Assembly (NCBI GenBank): GCA_038240295.1
Contig: JBBSDW010000082.1
Location: 1 to 15,725 of the forward strand
Direction of reading: 5' to 3'
Length of the DNA: 15,725 nt
Source of the DNA: Candidatus Kapaibacterium sp.
GTDB taxonomy: Bacteria; Bacteroidota; Ignavibacteria; Palsa-1295
The notes below the pieces were generated by a model. The model had not been told where the DNA came from. It worked only from the letters and a program-made list of their open reading frames with translations, and made no database searches. Both the position numbers and the translations under genes were made by a program. Within the stretch, counting starts at the first letter, position 1; each line of letters starts with the position of its first letter. Below, one piece after another: positions 1 to 7,643 of this stretch.

Positions 1-527
1 GACAGTGGCAACAACAGACCTTATCACACCAGGCTGCGTCACAGCAGCAGCAACAGCGGCAACCGCAGCAATCTGCTCAGCGTGCAGGTACAGCAAACAT
101 CGCAAATCGTGGATCGGGCAACGTCACGCAAATGACAACTGCGAACGGTCGCAGGGTCGTGGTGATCCACCGGGACGGTGGCGCAAATGGCGCGGCTGCA
201 AGTTCGGAACGAGGCTGGGGTCAAGGATCGAGCGCCGGTCGAAGCGATCAGGGCGGTCGCAGCGGCCAGGGCTATGGCAGAGTCTCGGGTGGCAACGGCT
301 CGGGCAGCAGCAGATCGGGTGGCAATAGCTCGGGAGGAGGCAGAGCATCTTCGGGCGGTGGTTCCAGAAGCTCCTACGGCGGCGGATCTTATTCGGGCGG
401 CAGTGGTCCTGGCAGCGGTGGCAATAGTGGAGGCGGTGGCAATAGTGGAGGTGGAGGTGGTGGCGGCCGTGGCAACGGCGACGGCGGTTCCAACAGCGGA
501 GGCGGCGGCCGTGCGCATTCGCGATAA
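1..527 (+). CDS. 3'-terminal fragment of a gene entering from upstream. It encodes a Gln-rich then Gly/Ser/Asn-rich low-complexity C-terminal tail (...GGNSGGGGNSGGGGGGGRGNGDGG...) with stop TAA at 525-527
   Basis: Frame 3 (positions 3,6,...) is open from the window edge to TAA at 525-527. All six frames are open across this GC-rich repetitive tract, so the frame choice rests only on codon preference (tcg/ggc, as in neighbouring genes). Nucleotide-level tandem repeats (ggtggcaatagtggagg x2, about 418-453) lie inside it. Confidence 0.4.
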   Translation, partial: QWQQQTLSHQAASQQQQQRQPQQSAQRAGTANIANRGSGNVTQMTTANGRRVVVIHRDGGANGAAASSERGWGQGSSAGRSDQGGRSGQGYGRVSGGNGSGSSRSGGNSSGGGRASSGGGSRSSYGGGSYSGGSGPGSGGNSGGGGNSGGGGGGGRGNGDGGSNSGGGGRAHSR

Positions 528-554
528 AGCTGTTCGTAACTAATTTAACTATCA

Positions 555-581
555 TTAACTAAACGCGCGACATTCTATAAT
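555..581 (+). promoter_or_regulatory. Candidate sigma70-like promoter for the downstream outer-membrane protein gene: TTAACT (555-560), 15-bp spacer, TATAAT (576-581)
   Basis: An AT-rich 90-bp intergenic tract sits immediately upstream of ATG 617. It contains an exact TATAAT hexamer. The -35 element is weak and the spacer is short. Confidence 0.25.
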
Positions 582-616
582 GTCAACAAGCTTGTCGGTA
601 CAACGCTGCGTCCAAT

Positions 617-2140
617 ATGAGAAATACAACTGATCGTTTCGTTACTTCTTTCTTTATCGCCTTTCTTCTTTGCGGTGCGGTTATCGGCGTTGAGGGCGTT
701 CGCGCTCAGGGTCTCAGTGATGCACTTCGTGTTTCTACGAACGAACTTCCAAGCGGGCCTCGCGCAACGGGTCTGAATGGATCGCAAATTGGAACCCCAG
801 GTGGATTCGACGCGCTGCAATGGAATCCTGCTGCAATTGCACCCAATGAGTTCAACGAGGTAGGCGTATCGCTTTATTATCGCGGTCACAATTCGGAAGC
901 ACAATTTCTCGGGACATCGCTAGGCGATAACATTACGACGATGTCGCTTGGCTCGCTTGGGCTAACTTCCGTTTCGCCGACGCGTAGAGGTCATCTCGTC
1001 TTCGGTCTATCGTACGATCAGGTTCGGGATTATACTTCGAGCTATTCTTTTAGCGCGGTCAATCCGAATTCTTCGTTTCTGAATACGCAAGGTTTTGTCA
1101 ACGATCCGGGCCTTGGCCCAAAAACGGAGCCAAACCAGTCATATCTCGATCAGACAAATCTTGCATGGCAGTTGCACCTGACATACAATGTACCCGACTC
1201 GGGTGTAGCATCGCTCAAGACGCCGTTCGCCGGCGGCTTGCAGCAATCGGGCACGGTCACGCAGGAGGGTGGAATGCACGCACTTCGCGGAGGCGCAGCG
1301 ATAGATATCGCTGAAGGAATTTCCGTAGGCGCGGCGCTCAATCTTTATTACGGCACGTACACGTATCGTCGCGACTTAGTGGAGAAAGATGTTGCGGGCC
1401 TGTTCAATTCTGGTGATTCCACACCCAATAATTTCAGAAGCGCAGATATCATTGACACACGGGACCAGGAGCAGACAGGTATCAGTCTAAAACTTGGGTT
1501 GCTCGCGTATCAAAATGACTTTGTAAAATTCGGCGCAACGATCGAAACACCGGGTGTCTATCACGTGAGCGATCACTTTCATCGCTCAGGTACCGCGGAC
1601 TTTTATCACGCAAGTTATGTCAGTACGCCAAACGTCGAAACCGATTTGACAAATACGTACGACATGACCACGCCGCTAAAGCTCGGAGCCGGTGTGTCTT
1701 TTCATTTCCTGGGCGCTTCTCTTATGGGTAGTGCGAACTACCAGGATATGTCGCAGACACGGTTCTCGAATAGCGATGTAGATCTTTCGAACTTGAACGA
1801 CGATGCGCGCAAGAACTTGCGTGGCGTACTCTCGTGGCAGATCGGCGCCGAATACATCATTCCATTTGCAGGAATTGCGCTGCGGGCAGGGTACGGCGTC
1901 GAGCCATCGTCCTATAAGAACGACCCTTCGACCTACGATACAAAGACCCTCTCGTTCGGCGCAGGAGTCTTGCTAAGTAAGTCCTTCGTGATCGAAGCGG
2001 GGTATCAGCGGGTAACGTATACGACCGACCATTTGCTCTACAGCGATCTTGATGTCGCCGGCAACCCTGTCAGCGCCGCGATCAACGTCGACGCCGTTAA
2101 ACGCGACCAGGTCTCCGTTGGATTTGGCTATCGATTCTAA
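617..2140 (+). CDS. FadL/OmpP1/TodX-family outer-membrane beta-barrel channel, possibly PorV/LptO-like given the T9SS context
   Basis: N-terminal Sec signal peptide (MRNTTDRFVTSFFIAFLLCGAVIGVEGVRAQ). An NPA motif lies early in the mature protein (LQWNPAAI), as in the FadL hatch domain. The body shows alternating amphipathic beta-strand patterns. The C-terminus ends in an aromatic residue (...VGFGYRF), typical of OM beta-barrels. Length is 507 aa. Confidence 0.75.
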   Translation: MRNTTDRFVTSFFIAFLLCGAVIGVEGVRAQGLSDALRVSTNELPSGPRATGLNGSQIGTPGGFDALQWNPAAIAPNEFNEVGVSLYYRGHNSEAQFLGTSLGDNITTMSLGSLGLTSVSPTRRGHLVFGLSYDQVRDYTSSYSFSAVNPNSSFLNTQGFVNDPGLGPKTEPNQSYLDQTNLAWQLHLTYNVPDSGVASLKTPFAGGLQQSGTVTQEGGMHALRGGAAIDIAEGISVGAALNLYYGTYTYRRDLVEKDVAGLFNSGDSTPNNFRSADIIDTRDQEQTGISLKLGLLAYQNDFVKFGATIETPGVYHVSDHFHRSGTADFYHASYVSTPNVETDLTNTYDMTTPLKLGAGVSFHFLGASLMGSANYQDMSQTRFSNSDVDLSNLNDDARKNLRGVLSWQIGAEYIIPFAGIALRAGYGVEPSSYKNDPSTYDTKTLSFGAGVLLSKSFVIEAGYQRVTYTTDHLLYSDLDVAGNPVSAAINVDAVKRDQVSVGFGYRF

Positions 2141-2165
2141 ACCGAAAAAAGCTTAAAGACCTTCA

Positions 2166-2718
2166 GTACAAAGAGATAAATTTGACCTCGACTCTACTTT
2201 GTTAAACAAGTCATCCTGAGCCCGACGAAGGATCTTATCGTAGGTTTGGCTAAATGTGTAAGTTCTGGCGATAGCAACGGATTGTACTAGAACTCATGAA
2301 GCGATGCGAACGAAATGCAAGATTCTTCATCGGGTTCAGAATTACCGTTTAAAAGCGTGTTGCTGGAAATAAGCAGTAACGCGTTTTCGAGAATCGAGGT
2401 CGGGTTGAACTCCGACCTACATCGAACGTAGGTCGGGATTCATCCCGACCGCGCTCTGTACAAAGAGATAAATGTTGGCCTCGACCCTACTCTATTTATC
2501 AAGTCATCCTGAGCCCGACGAAGGATCTTATGGTAGGTTTAGCTAAATCTTTAAGTTCTGGCGAGATCAACGGATTGTCCTCGAACTCATGAAGCGATGC
2601 GAACGAAAAGCAAGATTCTTCGTCGGGTTCAGCATGACCGTTTAAAAGCGTGTTGCTGGTAATACGCAGTAACGCGTTTTCGAGATTTGAGGTCGGGTTG
2701 AAACCCGACCTACATCGA
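2166..2718 (+). repeat. Two tandem copies of a ~260-nt noncoding, hairpin-rich unit (copy 1 2166-2425, copy 2 2458-2718, period ~292 bp) joined by a 32-nt hairpin spacer (2426-2457). Candidate duplicated structured RNA or repeat family. Strand not established.
   Basis: Direct alignment by eye gives roughly 85-90% identity over ~260 nt. Conserved blocks include caagtcatcctgagcccgacgaaggatcttat, ctcatgaagcgatgcgaacgaaa, ccgtttaaaagcgtgttgctgg, gcagtaacgcgttttcgag and gaggtcgggttgaa.ccgacctacatcga. No ORF of 60 aa or more in any frame. Each unit has a 27-nt long-range inverted repeat (copy 2: 2503-2529 against 2612-2638) and several local stem-loops. Confidence 0.8.
2398..2450 (+). other. Cluster of three overlapping hairpins built from alternating GGTCGG(G)/CCCGACC segments: H1 2398-2417, H2 2412-2436, H3 2431-2450. 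This gives mutually exclusive pairings, like an attenuator or a recombination site.
   Basis: ggtcggg-ttgaact-ccgacc, then ccgacctac-atcgaac-gtaggtcgg, then ggtcggga-ttca-tcccgacc (a perfect 8-bp stem). Segments 1:2, 2:3 and 3:4 are each complementary. Copy 2 keeps only one hairpin (2691-2710). Confidence 0.5.
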
Positions 2719-2735
2719 GAGGCCAGATTTTTTTT
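2691..2735 (+). terminator. Weak or non-canonical candidate intrinsic terminator at the end of the repeat array: a 7-bp GC-rich stem (GGTCGGG-ttgaaa-CCCGACC, 2691-2710) followed 17 nt later by T8 (2728-2735)
   Basis: Hairpin and T-run are read directly. The T-run is not contiguous with the stem, so efficiency is doubtful. It abuts the stop (2745-2747) of the convergent minus-strand gene. Confidence 0.25.
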
Positions 2736-2744
2736 CGTTAGATT

Positions 2745-4688
2745 CTACTTCAATTGCAATAGATTCAACGAATACCCGCCATCGCCGGATAGGATACGAA
2801 CTTGATACGTACCAGTGCAAAAAAGCTCAGTGCTAATAAGCGCTGGATGGTTCGGCGAAAGTTGAGTGGCACTCCGGGAGACAAGTTTGCCAAGCGCATC
2901 GAAGACCTCGATCGTCACTTCTCCCAGATCGGCGTCGGAATGAATCAATGCATACGTGCTCGCGGGGTTTGGGATGATGCGCAGAGTCGGAATCTTGCTG
3001 TAGCGTGTGAATTGGGAGATCAGTGGTGTGCCGCAGCCGAGTTTGCCGCAGACAGTGCTGATGATCGGCGAAGCTGTTATGGCGCAGATCTCTGAAGATT
3101 GCGTGATCACAAACGAGTCGAGAATAACGCTCGTGCAACTGCTGTCCTTCGGATAAATATGAAAGACGGCATATCCGGCTACATTTCCTTTCATTGAAGC
3201 TGCAGCTTGCGGAAAGAGCACATGCGCGAAGCCAACCCAGCGCGCCGTCGTGGCGTCGATCTGGCGGCCAGCTTGATACGATCCTGCATAGACCAGCATC
3301 GTCGTATCGTAACGAACGGCAAAGTCAAGATCACCAATAAACGATTGACTACTCGAAATGATCGGCACATAAATACTGCCGCCGATCGTGTCGTTGGAGA
3401 TATCCGCGGTCGTGAATGTGACCGTGGGAGCGTCACCACCGACTGCACTCAACGGGATGGTTTGTTCTTCGCCGCTTGCGAAGATATGCAACCGTGCAGC
3501 GTAGCTGCGAGCACTGGTAGGCAAAAAGATAACGCTCACAGAATCTCCTCTCGAAGGTATCGCTACGAAATTGAGTGAGTCAGCTCCATCGATGCTGAAC
3601 GAATCGATCGATGGCGTCCCGCAAAGCCCCAGCACTGCAAGTCCCATGCTGACGTCCGAGCAGGGCAGGACCGTATCGGGAAAATTCACCGACAGTGGTT
3701 GCACGCTCAGACCAATGCGCGGCACCACGGAATCGCCGCCGCTATTTGTCGTGCGCCAGACATTGCCTTCGGAGTCAGTGGCAACGATGATGTTGTCGGT
3801 GATCGCCGAGATCAGACGCGTGTCATACGTATTACTCGGTCCGCCGATACTCGTCCAGATTACACCATGATCGACGGAGCGGTAAATGCCATCCGTGATA
3901 GAGGGACAATAGACTGCGTTAGGAGAAACCGCAATGCTCCCGCAGAAAAAGGGATGATTCCTGCTAACCTGATTTGTCCAGGTCGCACCCAGATCTGTTG
4001 TTAAAAACAGTTGCGAGTACGCGTCGGAAGGGGAGATGTAATCTTCGTTCGAAAGCACGACTCGCGAAAGCTGGCAAGAATCGACGCCGAACGTAAACGA
4101 ATCGAAGTCGATCGCGCCCGCGCTCGCAACCCACGTGGCGCCCATGTCAGTAGAGCGATGCAAAAATCCGCCTCCCTGATCGCCGCCAAAATAGAGAACC
4201 GATCCGTCGCGGGACGTCGTGATATAAAATGAAGCAGGGGATTGCACCACATTTTTCCAGGACGCGCCAGCATCGGTCGATAATGCTATCACGCCCGAGG
4301 AATAGGCGATGGCAGCAACCATTGGCGAGCCGATAAAGCAGGCGGAGAGCGCCGCGCCGACGCTCGCCAGCTTCCAGGTCGTACCGCCATTACGTGTGAT
4401 ATAGGTGCCATTGATACAGGCGGCGATCCCGTTCGAGGCATCGATGAACTGGATGTCGTTGGCCGTGACAATGTTTCCGACCTTCGCCCAGGTAATGCCG
4501 AGATCATCCGAGCGGAACACGCTCCCTTTCGCGAGCCAAAGTCTGCCGTCGCGGTAGCTCATCGCACCGTTGCTGCCGGCCGGAACAAGATTCGGTGCCA
4601 CCATCTTCCACTGCGCTTCCGAACGGATCGGAAGCGCGAGTGTGAGCGAGGTGAGCATAACCAGAATGATGAGCACCGATAGTCTCAT
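2745..4688 (-). CDS. Secreted BNR/Asp-box repeat beta-propeller protein (sialidase/Ycf48/sortilin-like fold) with a T9SS C-terminal sorting domain
   Basis: Signal peptide MRLSVLIILVMLTSLTLALPIRSEAQ. Multiple S-x-D-x-G-x-T-W Asp-boxes (SDDLGITW, TRNGGTTW, STDAGASW, STDMGATW, TTDLGATW, SVDHGVIW). The C-terminal ~75 aa (IIPNPASTYALI...VTIEVFDALGKLV...GTYQVRI...) match the Por_Secre_tail pattern. Confidence 0.85.
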   Translation of the reverse strand: MRLSVLIILVMLTSLTLALPIRSEAQWKMVAPNLVPAGSNGAMSYRDGRLWLAKGSVFRSDDLGITWAKVGNIVTANDIQFIDASNGIAACINGTYITRNGGTTWKLASVGAALSACFIGSPMVAAIAYSSGVIALSTDAGASWKNVVQSPASFYITTSRDGSVLYFGGDQGGGFLHRSTDMGATWVASAGAIDFDSFTFGVDSCQLSRVVLSNEDYISPSDAYSQLFLTTDLGATWTNQVSRNHPFFCGSIAVSPNAVYCPSITDGIYRSVDHGVIWTSIGGPSNTYDTRLISAITDNIIVATDSEGNVWRTTNSGGDSVVPRIGLSVQPLSVNFPDTVLPCSDVSMGLAVLGLCGTPSIDSFSIDGADSLNFVAIPSRGDSVSVIFLPTSARSYAARLHIFASGEEQTIPLSAVGGDAPTVTFTTADISNDTIGGSIYVPIISSSQSFIGDLDFAVRYDTTMLVYAGSYQAGRQIDATTARWVGFAHVLFPQAAASMKGNVAGYAVFHIYPKDSSCTSVILDSFVITQSSEICAITASPIISTVCGKLGCGTPLISQFTRYSKIPTLRIIPNPASTYALIHSDADLGEVTIEVFDALGKLVSRSATQLSPNHPALISTELFCTGTYQVRILSGDGGYSLNLLQLK

Positions 4689-4715
4689 TGGGCGTAGCGC
4701 GAAAACCAGCGCATC

Positions 4716-5693
4716 TTATTTCACTGGTCCATTTACGTTTAGCAACGGTGTAAGCTTCGAATCGAGTGGAGCAATCACAAAGGTCGCATTTTTCGAATTC
4801 GCAAGATCCTTCAGCGTCGTGATGTAATTGTATTGCAGGTATTGATTCGTCAGCGAACTTGCGATGATCTTCTGCGCATCCGAAATACCGCCAGCTTCGA
4901 CGCGCTTTCGGTCGGCCTCCTGCGACTCGCGCTGGAGTACGTACTGCATCTTTTGCGATTCCTGCTCGGCAGCGATCTTCTCGTCGATCGCGGTGCGCAC
5001 TTTCTCCGGCAATAAAATATCGCGAAGCAGAACCCCTTCGAGGATTATGCCGCGATTCTTGAACGAGCCGATCAACTTATCCCGAACCGTATTCGTATAA
5101 TCATCTCGTCTCGAAGCATAAAGGTCGGTCGCAGCATAATCAACCGCCGCATCGCGAAGCGAAGAGCGGATCTCCGGGCGCACGATCTTCTCCACATAAT
5201 CGAGACCGATCTTATTATAGACGACCGGTGCGCTGCTTGGCGAGAGATGATATTGTACGGTCACTTCGAGTTGCAGCGTGAGCCCATCTCGGCTGAGCAC
5301 CTGGATCGCATCGTCGCCTTTGAGCTGGCCTTCATTTGTCTTCGCCGACATCGTGTAAGCCTGCGTACGAATGTCCATGCGCACAACATTCACGAGCGGG
5401 TTGATCACATGAAAACCCGATTCAAGGGTTTCCGAACTCGTCTGTCCGAAGAGAACCTGAATGCCGACTTCGCCCGGCTCAATGGTGACGAATGCGCCAA
5501 AGGCCAGCACCAGCACGGCGAGTGAAATGAAGAGCGGGCCAGCTATGCCGAGCGCCCGGTGGATCGTTTCGCGCTGACGAACTTCGTTGCCGTATTGACC
5601 GGTCGGCCCGATCGTAAGTGCAAAACGTTTTTTATTGGCGAGCGCGAGAATTCCTAAAACGAGGAGGATTGCAGCGAAAAAGAGCGATTCCAT
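4716..5693 (-). CDS. SPFH/band-7 (prohibitin/HflC-like) membrane protein
   Basis: N-terminal transmembrane helix (MESLFFAAILLVLGILALANKKR). The body resembles band-7 domains (...QVLSRDGLTLQLEVTVQYHL..., ...LLPEKVRTAIDEKIAAEQESQKMQYVLQRESQEADRKRVEAGGISDAQKII...). It lies 27 bp upstream of, and on the same strand as, the BNR gene. Confidence 0.8.
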   Translation of the reverse strand: MESLFFAAILLVLGILALANKKRFALTIGPTGQYGNEVRQRETIHRALGIAGPLFISLAVLVLAFGAFVTIEPGEVGIQVLFGQTSSETLESGFHVINPLVNVVRMDIRTQAYTMSAKTNEGQLKGDDAIQVLSRDGLTLQLEVTVQYHLSPSSAPVVYNKIGLDYVEKIVRPEIRSSLRDAAVDYAATDLYASRRDDYTNTVRDKLIGSFKNRGIILEGVLLRDILLPEKVRTAIDEKIAAEQESQKMQYVLQRESQEADRKRVEAGGISDAQKIIASSLTNQYLQYNYITTLKDLANSKNATFVIAPLDSKLTPLLNVNGPVK

Positions 5694-5770
5694 GGTAGTG
5701 TGTTAGCGTAATAATGAGTGCGAATTTACTGGTTTCCCAGCGCGTTTCTCTGATTCCACTTATGCGAATC

Positions 5771-6439
5771 ATGGCAAAACTCATTTCGCTCAACGTTGGC
5801 CTTGCTCGTACGACGCCCGCTACAGAGCCGCCGTTCAATCGGGAATGGACTTCCGGCATCTGGAAAGATCCGGTCGAAGGAAAGCATTTTTTGAGCATTC
5901 CAAAAACGAAACGCACCCCGGCGCTCGCGGGAGATCAGCAGCAAGACCCAAGATATCACGGCGGTCCTGACAACGCGATCAACGTATACCCGATCGAGCA
6001 TTATGAACGCTGGCGCAAACATCTCCACCTTGCTAAGCTTGGCTTTGGCGCATTCGGCGAAAACATCACAAGCGAAGGCTTGACCGAGGCAAGCGTCTGC
6101 GTGGGCGATTCATTCGCGGTGGGCGATGCGATCCTGCAGATCACACAACCCCGCCAACCCTGCTGGAAACTTGCCTGGAAATGGAAAGCAAAAGATTTCG
6201 TGAAAGACCTCGTCCAAGCTGGCACAACCGGCTGGTACATGCGCGTGCTCAAAGAAGGCACTATACAGACGGGCGACACGATCACGCTACTTGAACGACT
6301 TCATCCCGATTGGACGATCGACCGACTCAACGGCGCTATGCTGGATAGATGGCTCGACACTGAGATCGCTCGCGAACTAATCGAAATGCAGGAGCTCTCA
6401 AACTCGTGGAGAGCCACGTTCGAAAGTCGCGTGAGGTGA
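5771..6439 (+). CDS. MOSC-domain protein (YiiM-like molybdenum-cofactor sulfurase C-terminal domain family)
   Basis: MAKLISLNVGLARTT... N-terminus and a GAFGENITSEGL...VCVGD...ILQITQPRQPCWKL core typical of MOSC/YiiM. The ORF is open from 5714, and ATG 5762 is an alternative start, but ATG 5771 gives the canonical N-terminus. It is divergent from the SPFH gene. Confidence 0.75.
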   Translation: MAKLISLNVGLARTTPATEPPFNREWTSGIWKDPVEGKHFLSIPKTKRTPALAGDQQQDPRYHGGPDNAINVYPIEHYERWRKHLHLAKLGFGAFGENITSEGLTEASVCVGDSFAVGDAILQITQPRQPCWKLAWKWKAKDFVKDLVQAGTTGWYMRVLKEGTIQTGDTITLLERLHPDWTIDRLNGAMLDRWLDTEIARELIEMQELSNSWRATFESRVR

Positions 6440-6653
6440 TAGAATAAAGCTGGTCAAGTGTTTTGCCAAATGGAGGCATTACGTGGACGTCGCGACCCAC
6501 GCAATTCCCGCCTACGTGGTAATGACACCTGCGTTCGTGTAGTGTCTTTCGGTTGTCATTCTCGCGGAGGCTGGAATACACGTTTGGGTCGCCGTAATGC
6601 GGGTGATGGATTCAAAGGTTTCTACCCTCAATGGTACTCACAATTTTTCGTTG

Positions 6654-6661
6654 TATATTTG
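6654..6661 (+). promoter_or_regulatory. Candidate Bacteroidota-type -7 promoter element TATATTTG (TAnnTTTG consensus) upstream of the 6735 operon
   Basis: The motif is read directly, about 75 nt upstream of ATG 6735. The expected -33 TTTG partner is not clean. Confidence 0.25.
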
Positions 6662-6734
6662 CATCCGACTCTACCTGTCATCGTTTCCTACGTTCTTTTC
6701 GATCGGCCAGAATTTGAAGCAGTTGCGAATTTCC

Positions 6735-7643
6735 ATGTTGGGAGTTTTCGCGATCAGCGCGCTTACAGTGCTGATGGCGTTTTGCGTGCTACCTGCCAAT
6801 TTGTTTGCGCAGCATCCCTATAAATACGACGTCGAATATCAATCGGGACGGAACGAGCTTTTTGTCTGGATGCACTTCGATTCTTCAACAGACGTAAACT
6901 ACGTACGTCAGAACGATTCGAGCGATGCGATGCCGCTCAAACGTGTCGATGTAAAAAGAATTTATTCGATCTCCGATCCGATTCGACCGCCGCATGAGAT
7001 CGAATGGACTTCGCATAAGGATGATGGCTGGGTGCCGATCGATCTCGATGCCTGCGATTGTCTCGGGCATGTTCGTTCCACGGCATTTCATCTTCTCGAT
7101 GCCAAACTTGGCCTGAGTTATCGGGGCAATAGCAGCTATACCCGAGTAACGCAAACGGGGCCGGTCGCAGAGAATTCTGTGTTCTTTAACCCGTTCAACA
7201 AGGGCGGCACGAACCTCGATATTGAGGCGGGCGCTGCGATCGGGTGGAGGGTTCATCATTGGGACCTCGGTCTGCAAGTCGAAGTGATCCCGACAGACGG
7301 CTTCTTTTATTTTCCGATCGCACTGCACGCGCGCTATTATTTCCTGAACGATTGCTGCACATGGAATCTCTTCGTGAACGCTGGCATTCCGTTCGATTTC
7401 CAAACGGGTGCACCGATCTTTATAACGCCGCTCTTCGATAGAAGGCAGCGCAGATATTTCAGCGCAGGTATCGGAAAGATCTGGCCGATGAACGAGTCGC
7501 ATGATTTCGCGATCGACTTGGGATACCGATATATGGTGATCCCGCTCGATCAGATCCAGTGCTGCCCGAGCATCGAGTTTCAGAATCGATTTCCAGCGCG
7601 CGAATCGCAGTCGATCTTTTTACAAGCAGGTTTATCATTTTGA
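6735..7643 (+). CDS. Secreted ~300-aa protein, candidate small outer-membrane beta-barrel. First gene of a three-gene operon.
   Basis: Signal peptide MLGVFAISALTVLMAFCVLPANLFAQ. An in-frame TTG at 6714 would add MKQLRIS and give a better charged n-region. The C-terminal half has alternating amphipathic strands (DLGLQVEVIP, FYFPIALHARYYF, NLFVNAGIPFDF, FAIDLGYRYMVIPL) and ends ...FLQAGLSF. The ORF is open from 6597, but that N-terminus lacks a signal peptide. Confidence 0.65.
   Translation: MLGVFAISALTVLMAFCVLPANLFAQHPYKYDVEYQSGRNELFVWMHFDSSTDVNYVRQNDSSDAMPLKRVDVKRIYSISDPIRPPHEIEWTSHKDDGWVPIDLDACDCLGHVRSTAFHLLDAKLGLSYRGNSSYTRVTQTGPVAENSVFFNPFNKGGTNLDIEAGAAIGWRVHHWDLGLQVEVIPTDGFFYFPIALHARYYFLNDCCTWNLFVNAGIPFDFQTGAPIFITPLFDRRQRRYFSAGIGKIWPMNESHDFAIDLGYRYMVIPLDQIQCCPSIEFQNRFPARESQSIFLQAGLSF

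Noticed and set aside
39-555. Overlapping ORFs 39-518(-), 124-555(-) and 178-543(+) in the first 550 bp
   Set aside because: Every frame is open across the GC-rich repetitive tract. These are alternative-frame artefacts of the same low-complexity sequence, and at most one frame can be real. I kept frame 3 at low confidence.
2182-2208. TTGACC ... TAAACA as a sigma70 promoter driving the repeat unit
   Set aside because: The spacer is only 15 bp and the -10 hexamer is poor. Copy 2 has TTGGCC instead. This is not strong enough to call.
2166-2718. Possibility that the tandem repeats are a CRISPR array, a hammerhead-type ribozyme or a riboswitch
   Set aside because: There are only two long (~292-bp) units, not short repeat-spacer structure. 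The CUGA...GAAA-like stretch (CCTGAGCCCGACGAAGG) lacks the CUGAUGA core. No TPP, SAM or cobalamin consensus blocks are present.
3191-4273. Several 70-125-aa ORFs on both strands inside 2745-4688
   Set aside because: They overlap the BNR gene, which has a signal peptide, Asp-boxes and a C-terminal sorting domain in one continuous frame.
6885-7502. 205-aa ORF on the - strand
   Set aside because: Antisense to gene A (6735-7643). It has no signal or motif support. Gene A has coherent signal-peptide and beta-strand features.
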